Below the pieces are notes generated by a model. That model made no database searches and was not told the origin of the DNA. It saw nothing but the letters and a program-made list of their open reading frames with translations. From the human T2T-CHM13v2.0 reference genome, Homo sapiens, in NCBI RefSeq assembly GCF_009914755.1, contig NC_060947.1: a stretch of DNA of 64,000 nt; one strand, written 5' to 3'. This document shows, in pieces, positions 13,018 through 24,100 of this stretch (positions within the stretch are counted from its first letter, which is position 1; each line of letters begins with the position of its first letter). Both the position numbers and the translations under genes were made by a program.

Positions 13018-15723
13018 TATCTTCACATTATAACTAGACAGAAGCATTCTCAGAAACTTCTTTTTGATGTGTGCATTCAACTCACACAGCCGAACCTTTC
13101 TTTTGATACAGCAGTTTTGAAACACTCTTTTGTAGAATCTGCAAGAGGACATGTGGAATGCTTTGAAGCCTGTGGTGAAAAAGGAAATCTCTTCACATAA
13201 ACACTAGACAGAAGCATTCTCAGAAACTTCTTAGTGACGTGTGCATTTAACTCACAGAGTTGAACCATTCTTTTCATAGAGCAGTTTTGAGACACTCTTT
13301 TTGTAGAGTTTGCAAGTGGATTTTTGGACCGCTTTGAGGCCTTTGTTGGAAACGTGATATCTTCATATAAAAACTAGACAGAAGCATTCTGAGAATCTTC
13401 TTTCTGATGTGTGCGTTCAACTGAGAGAGTTGAACCTTTCTTTTGATAGAGGAGCTTTGAAACACTCTTTTTGTAGAATCTGCAAGTGGACATTTGGAGC
13501 ACTTTGTGGCCTTCGTTGGAAACGGTATAACTTCACATAAGAACTATACAGAAGCATTCTCAGAAACTTCTTTGTGATGTGTGCATTCAAATCACAGAGA
13601 TGAACCTTTCTTTTGATAGAGCAGTTTGAAATACTCTTTCTGTAGAATCTGCAATTGGAGATTTGTAGCGCTTTGAGGCCTATGGTGGAAAAGGAAATAT
13701 CTTCACATAAAATGTACACATAAGTACTCTCAGAAACTTCCTTTTGATGTGTGCGTTCAACTAACAGAGTTGAAAATTTCTTTTGATAGAGCAGTTTTGA
13801 AAAACACTTTTTGTAGAATCTGCAAGTGGACATTTAGAGTGCTTTGAGACCTGTGGTGGAAAAGGATATATGTTCACATATAAACTGCACAGAAGCATTC
13901 TCAGAAACTTCTTTGGGATGTTTACTTTCAACTCACAGAGTTGAACATGCCTTTTAATAGAGCAGTTTCGAAACACTCCTTTTGCAGAATTTGCAAGTAG
14001 ATATTTGGACCGCTTTGAGGCCTTCTTTGGAAACGGTTATTTCTTCACATAAAAACTATACAAAATCATTCTCACAAACTTCTTTGTGATGTGTGCATTC
14101 AACTCACAGTGTTGAACATTTCTTTTGATAGAGCAGTTGTGAAACACTCTCTTTGGAGAATCTGCAAGTGGACAATTAGAGCGCTTCGAGGCCTATGGTG
14201 AAAAAGGGAATATATTCACATAATAACTACACTGAAGTATTCTCAGAAACTTCTTTGTTATGTGTGCATTGAACTCACAGAATTGAAACTTTCTTTTGAT
14301 AGAGCAGATTTGAAACACTCTTTTTGTAGTATCTGCAATTGGACACTTGGAGCGTTTTGAGGCCAATGGTGTAAAAGGAAATATCTTCACATAAAAACTA
14401 GATGGAAGCATTGTCAGAAACCTCTTTGTGATGTTTGCTTTCAACTCACAGAGTTGAACATTCCTTTTCATAGAGCAGTTTTGAAACACTCTTTTGTAGA
14501 ATTTGCAAGCGGATGATTGGATCGCTATGAGGTCTTCATTGGAAACGGGATACCTTTACATAAAAACTAGACAGTAGCATTCTCAGAAATTTCTTTGGGA
14601 TGTGGGCATTCAACCCACAGAGGAGAACTTCATTTGATAGAGCAGTTTTGAAACACCCTTTTTGTAGAATCTACAGGTGGACATTTAGAGTGCTTTGAGG
14701 CCTGTGGTGAAAAAGGAAATATCTTCACTTAAAAACTAGACAGAAGCATTCTCAGAAACTTCTTTGTGATGGGTTCATTCAACTCACAGAGTTGAACCTT
14801 TCTTTTGATAGAGCAGTTTTGAAACACTCTTTCTGTAGAATTTACAAATGGATATTCAGACGGCTTTGAGGCCTTCATTGGAAAGGGGATGTCTTCACAT
14901 AAAAACAAAACAGAAGCATTCTCAGAAGCTTCGTTGTGATGTGTGCATTCACCTCACAGAGTTGAACCTTTCTTTTGATAGAGCAGTTTTGAAACACTCT
15001 TTCTGTAGAATATGAAAGTGGACATTGGGGGCACTTTGAGGCCTGTGGTGAAAAAGGTTATATCTTCCCGTAAAAACTACACAGAAGTCTTCTCAGAAAC
15101 CTCTTCATGGTGTATGCTTTCAACTCACAGAGTTGAACATTACTTTTCATAGAGAAGTTTAGAAACACTCTTTTTGTACAAATTGCAAGTTGATATTTGG
15201 ACCACTTTGATGCCCTCGTTGGATATGGGATATCTTCACATTAAAACTAGACAAAAGCATTCTCAGAAACTACTTTGTGATGTGTGCATTGAACTCACAG
15301 TGTTGCACCTTTCTTTTGATAGAGCAGTTCTGAAACTCTCTTTTTGCATAATCTGCAAGGGGACATTTTGTTCGCTTTGAGGCCTATGGTGAAAAGGAAA
15401 TAACTTCACATAAAGAATTCGCAGAAGCATTCTCAGAAACTTCTCTGTGATGTGCACATTCAACTCACAGAGTTGAACCTTTCTTTAGATAGAGTAGTTT
15501 TGAAACGTTCTTTTTGTAGAATCTGCAATTGGACATTTGGAGCGGTTTGAGGCCTATGGTGAAAAAGGAAATATCTTCACATAAAAACTAGACAGAAGCA
15601 TTCTCAGAAACTTCTTTGTGATGTGTGCATTTAACTCACAGAGTTGAACCATTCTTTTCATAGAGGAGTTGTGAGACACTCTTTTTGTAGAATTTGCAAT
15701 GGATATTTTGACCTCTTAGAGGC

Positions 15724-15740
15724 CTTCGTTGGAAACGGGC
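15724..15740 (+). promoter_or_regulatory. CENP-B box, core intact
   Basis: CTTCGTTGGAAACGGGC. Confidence 0.88.
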
Positions 15741-17941
15741 TATCTTCACATTAAAACTAGACAGAAGCATTCTCAGAAACTTTCTTTGTGATTTGTGCAT
15801 TCAACTCACAGAGATGAACCTTTCTTTTGATAGAGCACTTTTGAAGCACACTTTTTGAAGGACCTGCAAGTGGACATTTGGCATGCTTAGAGGCTTATGG
15901 TGAAAAAGGAAATATCTTCACATAAAATCTACACAGAAGTATTCTCAGAAACTTCTTTGTGATGTGTGCATTCAATTCACAGTGTTGAACATTTCTTTTC
16001 ATAGGGCAGTTTTGAAACACTCTTTTTGTAGAATTTGCAAGTGGATATTTGGACCGCTTTGAGGCCTTCATTGGAAACGGTATATCTTCACATAAAAACT
16101 AGACAGAAGCATTCTCAGAATCCTCTTTGTGATGTGTGCATTGAACTGTAAGAGTTGAACCTTATTTTTGATGGAGCAGTTGTGAAACACTCTTTTTGTA
16201 GAATCTGCAAGTGGACATTTGAAGTGCTTTGCGGCCTATGGTGAAAAAGGAGATATATCTTCACATAAAAAATACAAAGAAGCATTCTCAGAAACTTCTT
16301 TGTGATGTTTGCATTCAACTCACAGAGTTGGAACTTTCTTCTGATAGACCAGTTTTGAAACACTCTTTTTGTGGAATCTGCAATTGGACATTTGGAAAGC
16401 TTTGAGGCCTATAGTGAAAAAGGAAATATCTTCACATAGAAACTACACAGAAGCATTCTTAGAAACTTCTTTGTGATGTGTGCATTCAACTCACGCATTT
16501 GAAAATGCCTTTACATAGAGCAGTTTTTAAACATTCTTTTTGTAGAATTTGCAAGTCGATATTTGGACCGCTTTGAGGCCTTCATTGGAAGCGGTATGTC
16601 TTCACATGAAAACAATACAGAAGCATTCTCAGAAACTTCTTTTTGATGTGTGCATTCTACTCACAGCGTTGAACCTTTCTTTTGATAGAGCAGTTTTGAA
16701 GCAGTCTTTTTGTAGAATATACAAGAGGACATTTGAAGCACTTTGAGGCCTGTGGTGAAAAAGGAAATATCTTCACATAAAATTTACACAGAAGTATTCT
16801 CAGAAACTGCTTTGTGATGTGTGCATTCAAATCACAGAGTTGAACCTTTTTTTGATACAGCAGTTTTGAAACAATCTTTTTGATGAATCTGCAAGTGGAC
16901 ATTTGGAGCGCTTTGAGGCCTATGGTGAAAAGGGAAATATCTTCACATAAAGACTACACAGAATCCTTCTGAGAAACTTCTTGGTGATGTTTACTTTCAA
17001 CTCACAGAGTTGAACATTCCTATTCATACAGCAGTTTTGAAACACTCTTTTTGGAGAATTTGTATGTTGATATTTGGACCGATTTGAGGCCTTCTTTGGA
17101 AACGGGATATCTTCACACTAAAGCCAGATAGAAGCATTCTCAGAAACTTCTTCGAGATGTGTGCATTCAAGCCACAGAGGTGAACCTTTCTGTTGATAGA
17201 GCAGATTTGAAACACTCTTTTTGTAGTATCTGCAAGTCGACATTTAGAGCTCTTTGAGTCCTATGGTGAAAAAGGAAATATCTTCACATAAAAACTACAG
17301 AGAAGCATTCCCAGAAACTTCTTGGTGATGTTTGCTTTCACGTCACAGAGTTGAACATTCCTTTTCATCGAGCAGTTTTGAAAGAATCTTTTTGTTGAAT
17401 CTGCAAGTGGACATTTGCAGTGCTTTGAGGCCTATGGTGAAAAAGGAAATATCTTCACATAAAAAATTCACAGAAGCATTCTCAGAAACTGCTTTTTCAT
17501 GTGTGCATTCAACTCACCGAGTTGAACATTCCTTTTCATAGAGCAGTTTTGAAACACTCTTTTCATAGAATTTGCAAGTCGATATTTGGACGGCTTTGAG
17601 GCCTTCATTGGAAACGGTATATCTTCACATAAAAAGTACACAGAGGCATTCTCAGACACTTCTTTGTGATGTGTGCATTCAACTCACAGAGTTGAACCTT
17701 TCTTTCAATAGAGCAGTTTTGAAAGACTCTTTTGGTAGAATCTGCAAGTGGACATTTGGAGAGCTTTGTGGCCTATGGTGAAAATGAAACATCTTCACAT
17801 AAAAACTACACAGAAGCATTCTCAGAAACTTCTTTGTGATGTGTGCATTCAACTCACAGAGTTGAACCATTCTTTTGATAGAGCAGTTTTGAGAAACTTT
17901 TTTGTAGAATTTGAAAGTGGATATTTTGGCCGCTTAGAGGT

Positions 17942-17958
17942 CTTCGTTGGAAACGGGC
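17942..17958 (+). promoter_or_regulatory. CENP-B box, core intact
   Basis: CTTCGTTGGAAACGGGC. Confidence 0.88.
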
Positions 17959-20900
17959 TATGTTCACATTAAAGCTAGACAGAAGCATTCTCAGAAACTT
18001 CTTTGTGATGTGTGCATTCAACTCACACAGCTGAATATTTCTTTTGATAGACCAGTTTTGAAACACTCTTATTGTAGAATCTGCAAGAGGACATTTGGAA
18101 CGCTTTGAGGCCTGTGGCGAAAAAGGAAATATCTTAACATAAACACTAGACAGAAGCATTCTCAGAAACTTGTTTGTGATGTGTGCATTCAACTCAAAGA
18201 GTTTAACCATTATTTTCATAGAGCAGTTTTGAGACACTCTTTTTGTACAGTTTACAAGTGGATATTTGGACCGCTTTGAGGCCTTCATTAGAAAGGTGAT
18301 ATCTTCATATAAAAACTAGACAGAAGCATTCTGATGAACTTCTTTGTGATGTGTGCATTCAACTGAGAGAGTTGAACCTTTCTTTTGATAGAGCAGTTTT
18401 GAAACACTCTTTTTGTAGAATCTGCAAGTGGACATTTGGAGCACTTTGTGGCCTTAGTTGCAAACGGTATTTCTTTGCATAAAAACTACACAGAAGCATT
18501 CTCAGAAACTTCTTTGTGATGTGTGCATTCAAATCACAGAGTTGAACATTTATTTTGATAGTGCAGTTTCGAAACACTCTTTTTGTAGAATCTGCAAGTG
18601 GAGATTTGCAGCGCTTTGTGGCTTATGGTGAAAAAGGAAATATCTTCACATAAAATGTACACAGAAGTATTCTCAGGAACTTCTTTTTGATGTGTGCATT
18701 CAAGTGACAATGTTGAAACTTTCATTTGATAGAGCAGTTTTGAAACACTCCTTTTGTAGAATCTGCAAGTGGACATTTGGAGTGCTTTGAGGCCTTCGTT
18801 GGAAATGAGATATCTTTACATAAAAACTAGACAGTAGCATTCTCAGAAACTTCTTTGTGATGTGTGCATTCAACCCACCGAGGTGAAACTTTTTATAGAG
18901 CAGTTTTGAAACACTCTTTTTGTAGAATCTACAATTGGACATTTGGAGCGCTTTGTGGCCTATGGAGAAAAAGGAAATATCTTCACTTAAAAACTAGACA
19001 GAAGCATTCTCATAAACTTCTTTGTGATGGGTGCAATCAACTCACGGAGTTGAACCTTTCTTTTGATAGAGGAGTTTTAAAACACTCTTTTTGTGGAATC
19101 TGCAAGTTGACATTTGGAGCTCTTTGAGTCCTATGGTGAAAAAGGAAATATCTTCACATAAAAACTACACAGAAGCCTTCTCAGAATCTTCTTTGTGATG
19201 TTTGCTTTCAACTCACAGAGTTGAACACTACTTTTCATAGAGCAGTATTGAATCACTCTTTTTGTTGAATTTGCATGTGGATATTTGGACCACTTTGTAT
19301 CATTCATTGGAAATGAGATATCTTCACATAAAAACAAGACAGAAGAATTCTCAGAAACTTCCTCGTGATGTTTGCTTTGAACTCACAGAATTGAACATTC
19401 CTTTTCATAGAGCAGTTCTGAAACACTCTTTTTGTACAATTTGAATGTGGAAATTTGGACCGCATTGAGGCATTCATTGGAAAAAGGATATCTTCACTAA
19501 AACTGGATAGAATTATTCTCAGAAACATCTTTGTGATGTGTGCATTCAACTCACAGAGTTGAACCTTTCTTTTGATAGAGCTGTTTTGAAACACTCTTTT
19601 TGTAGAATCTGCAAGAGGACATATAGAACGCTTTGAGGCCTGTGGTGAAAAAGGAAATATATTGACATTAAAACTAGACAGAAGCATTCTCAGAAACCTA
19701 TTTGTGATGTGTACATTCAACTCACAAATTTGAACCTTTCTTTTGAAAGAGAATAGTTGAAACACTCCTTTTGTACAATCTGGAAATGGACATTTATAGC
19801 GATTTGAGGTCTGTGTTGAAAAAGGAAACATCTTCACATAAGAACTATACAGAAGCATTCTCAGAAACTTCTTTGTGATGTTTGCTTTCAAATCACAGAG
19901 TTGAACATTTCTTTTCATAGAGCTGTTTTGAAACACTCTTTTTGTAGAATTTACAAGTGGATATTTGGAACTCTTTGAAGCCTTCATTGGAAACGGGATA
20001 TCTTCACAAAAACCAAACAGAAGAATTCTCAGAAACTTCTTTGTGATTTGTGCATTCAATGCAAAAAGTTGAACCGTTCTTTTCATAGAGCAGTTTGGAA
20101 ACACTATTTTAGTAGAATCTGCAAGTGAGCATTTGCAGTACTTTGAGGCCTATGGTGAAAAAGGAAATACCTTCATATAAAAACAACACAGAAGCATTCT
20201 CAGGACCCTGTTTTTGTAGAATTTGTAAATGGATATTTGGATCGCTTTGAGACCTATGGTGAAAAAGTAAATATCTTCACATAAAAACTACACAGAAGCA
20301 TTCTCAGAAACTTCTATGTGATGTGTGCATTCATCTCACAGAGTTGAACCATTTTTTTGATAGAGCAGTTTTGAAACACTCTTTTTGTAGAATCTGCAAG
20401 TGGACATTTGGAGCGATTTGGGTCCTGTGGTAAAAAAGGAAATATCTTCACATTAAAACAACGCAGAAGCATTCTCAGAAACTTCTTTGTGGTGTTTGCT
20501 TTCAATTCACAGATTTGAACATTCCTTCTCATAGAGCAGATTTGAAGCACTCTTTTGTAGAATTTGCAAGGGGATATTTCAACTGCTTTGAGGCCTTCGT
20601 TGGAAATGGGATATCTTCACAAACACTAGACAGAAGCATTCTCAGGAACGTCTTTGTGATGTGTGCGTTCAACTCACAGAATTCAACTGATATTTTGATA
20701 GAGCAGTTTTGAAACAATCTTTGGAGAATCTGCAAGTGGGCATTTGGAGCGCTTTGAGGCCTACGGTGAAAAAGGAAATATCTTCATATAAAAACAACAC
20801 AGAAGCATTCTCAGGAACCACTTTGTGATGTATGCATTCAAATCATATATTTGAACCTCTCTTTTGATAGAGCAGTTTTGAAACCCTTTTTTTGTAGAAT

Positions 20901-21614
20901 CTGAAACTGGACATTTGGAGCACTTTGACGCCTACGGTAAAAAAGGAAATATCTTCACATAAAAACAACACAGAAGCATTCTCAGAAATTTCTCTGTGAT
21001 GTCTGCATTCAACTCACAGAGTTGAACCTTTCCTTTGATAGATCGGTTTTGAAACACTATTTTGTAGAACCTGCCGCTGGACATTAGGAGCCCTTTGCGT
21101 CCTACAGTGAAAAAGGAAATATCTTCACATAAAAACTACACAGAAGCATTCTCAGAAACCTCTTCTTGATGTTTGCATTCAACTTACAGAGTTGAACCTT
21201 TCTTTTGGTAGAGCAGTTTTGAAAAAATCTTTTTGTAGGATCTGCAAGTGGACATTTGTAACGTTTTGAGGCCTATGATGAAAAAGGAAATATCTTCACA
21301 TAAAAACTAGACAGAAGCATTCTCAGAAACCTCTTTGTGATCTGTGCTTTCAATTCACAGAGTTGAACCATTCTATTGATAGAGGAGATTTGAAACACTT
21401 TTTTTGTACAATCTGCAAGTGGACATTTGGAGAGCTTTGAGGCCTGTGGTGAAAAAGGATATGTCTTCACATATGAACTATACAGAAGAAGTCTCAGAAA
21501 CTTCTTTGTGATGTTTGCTTTCAACAGACAGAGTTCAACATTCCTTTTCATAGAACAGTTTTGAAACAGTCTTTTTGTAGTATTTACAACTGTATATTTG
21601 AACCACTTTGAGGT

Positions 21615-21631
21615 CTTCGTTGGAAACGGGA
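21615..21631 (+). promoter_or_regulatory. CENP-B box, perfect
   Basis: CTTCGTTGGAAACGGGA. Confidence 0.9.
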
Positions 21632-23485
21632 TATCTGCAGAAAAATTAGACAGAAGCATTCTCACAAACTCCTTTGTGATGTGTGCATTCAAGTCACAGA
21701 TTTGAACCATTCTTTTGATAGAGCAATTTTCAAACACTGTTTTTGTAGAATCTGCTGGTGGGCATTTGGAGCGCTTTGAAGCCTATGGTGAAAAAGGAAA
21801 TATCTTCACATAAAAACTATACAGAAGCATTCTCAGAAACTTCTTTGTGATGTGTGCACTCAACTCACAGAGTTGAAGATTTCTTTCGACAGAGCAGTTT
21901 TGAAACACTCTTTTTGTATAATCCGCAAGTGGATATTGGTAGCGCTTTGAGGCCTGTGGTGAAAAAGGAAATATCTTCACAACGAAACTACACAGAAGCA
22001 TTCTCAGAAACTTATTTGTAATGTTTGCTTTCAACTCACAGAGTTGAACATTCCTTTTCATAGAGCAGTTTTGAAACACTGTTTTTGTAGAATTTGCATG
22101 TGGATATTTGGAAGGCTTTGAGGCCTTTGCTGGAAAAGGGATATCTTCACAGAAACTCGACAGAAGCATTCTCAGAAACTTCTTTCTGATGTGTGCCTTC
22201 AACTCACAGAATTGAACTATTCTTTTGAAAGAGCAGTTTTGAAACCCTCTTTTTGCAGAATCTGCAAGTGGACATTTGTAGCACTTTGATGCCAATGGTG
22301 AAATATTAAATATCTTCACATAAAAATTAGAAGCATTCTCAGAAACCACTTTGTGATGTGTGCATTCAACGCACAGAGTTGAAACTCTCTTTTGATAGAG
22401 CAGTTTTGAAACCTCCTTTTTGTAGAATCTGCAAGTGGACATTTGGAAAGCTTTGAGGCCTGTGGTGAAAAAGGAAATATCTTCACATAAAAACTACACA
22501 GAACCATTCTCAGAAACTTCTTTGTGTTATTTGCTTTGAACTCACAGAGTTGAACATTCCTTTTCATAGAGCAGTTTTGAAACACTCTTTTTGTAGAATT
22601 TGCAAGTGGATATTTGTACCACTTTGAGGCTTTGAGGCCAAAGGTGAAAAAGGATAAACCTTCACATAAAGTCTATACAGAAACATTCTCAGAAACTTCT
22701 TTGTGATGTGTGCACTCAACTCACAGAGTTGAAACTTCTTTTGATTGAGCAGTTTTGAAACACTCTTTTTGTAGAATCTACAAGTGGATATTTGGAGCGC
22801 TTTGAGGCCTGTGGTGAAAAAGGGAATGTCTTCACAAAGAAACTACACAGAAGCATTCTAAGAAACATCTTTTTGATGTTTGCTTTCAAGTCACAGAGTT
22901 GAACATTCCTTTTCATAGGGCAGTTTTGAGACACTCTTTTTACAGTATTTGCCAGTGGATCTTCGGTCCGCATTGAGGACTTCTTTGGAAACGGGATATT
23001 TTCACAAAAACTGGACCGAAGCATTCTCAGAACCTTCTGTGGGATGTGTGCATTCAACTCACAGATTTGAGCCTCTCTTTTGATAGAGCAGTTTTGAAAT
23101 CCTCTTTTTGTAGGATCTGTAAAGGGATATCTGGAGCGCTTTGAGGCTTATGATGAAAAAGGAAATATCTTCACATAAAAACTACACAGAAGCATTCTCA
23201 GAAACTACTTTGTGTGGTTTGCTTTCAACTCACAGAGTTGAACATTCCTTTTCACAGAGCAGTTTTGAAAAACTATTTTTGAATTACCTGCCATTGGACA
23301 TTTGGAGCGCTTTGAGGCCCATGGTGAAAAAGGAAATATATTCACAACGAAACTACACGGAAGCATTCTCAGAAACTTCTTTGTGATGTTTGCTTTCACC
23401 TCACAGAGTTGAACATTCCTTTTCATAGAGCAGTTTTGAAACACTATTTTTAATTTGAAAGTGGATATTTGGACCTCTTTGAGGC

Positions 23486-23502
23486 CTTCGCTGGAAACGG
23501 GA
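23486..23502 (+). promoter_or_regulatory. CENP-B box, core intact
   Basis: CTTCGCTGGAAACGGGA matches NTTCGNNNNANNCGGGN. Confidence 0.85.
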
Positions 23503-24100
23503 TATCTTCACAAAAACTGGACAGAAGCATTCTCAGGAACTTCTTTTTGATGTGTGCAATCAACTCACCGAGTTTAACCTTTCTTTTGATAGTTCAGTTT
23601 TGAAACAGTCTTTTTGTAGAATCTGCAAGTGGGCATATGGAGCGCTTTGATGCCTATGGTGAAAAAGGAAATATCTTCACATAAAAACTAGACAGAATCA
23701 TTCTCTGAAACTTCTTTGTGATGTGTGTTCTCAACTCACGGAGTTGAACCTTTCTTTTGATAGAGCAGTTTTGAAACACTTTTTTTAGAATCTGCAAGTG
23801 GATATTTGGAGAGCTTTGAGGTCTGTGGTGAAAAAGGAAATATCTTCACAACGAATCTACACAGAAGCATTCTCAGAAACTTCTTTGTGATGTTTGATTT
23901 CAACTCACAGAACTGAACATTCCTTTTCATAGAGCAGTTCTGAAACATTCTTTTTGTACAATTTGAAAGGGGTAATTTGGACCGCTTTGAGGTCTTCGTT
24001 GGAAAAGGGATATCTTCACAAAAACTGGACAGAAGAATTCTCAGAAACTACTTTGTGATGTGTGAATTCAACTCCCAGAGTTGAACCTTTCTTTCGATGT

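Larger units (their letters stand above)
4370..24100 (+). repeat. Alpha-satellite array, divergent, irregular alternation of A-type (pJalpha-like box) and B-type (CENP-B box) monomers, SF5/R1R2-like
   Basis: Monomers carry CATTCTCAGAAAC and GATAGAGCAG, plus either CTATGGTGAAAAAGGAAAT (A box) or CTTCGTTGGAAACGGGAT-like (B box). No homogeneous HOR. Right boundary approximate (24050-24250). Confidence 0.95.

Noticed and set aside
19304-20104. 266-aa ORF and the many similar Cys/Lys/Phe-rich ORFs (…QLCELNAHITKKFLRMLL…) across the satellite
   Set aside because: The 171-bp monomer equals 57 codons with one nearly stop-free frame, so long repetitive ORFs arise automatically. No promoter, splice or domain evidence.
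4370-24100. Active centromeric HOR array
   Set aside because: No long near-identical periodicity, most CENP-B boxes are mutated, and indels are frequent.
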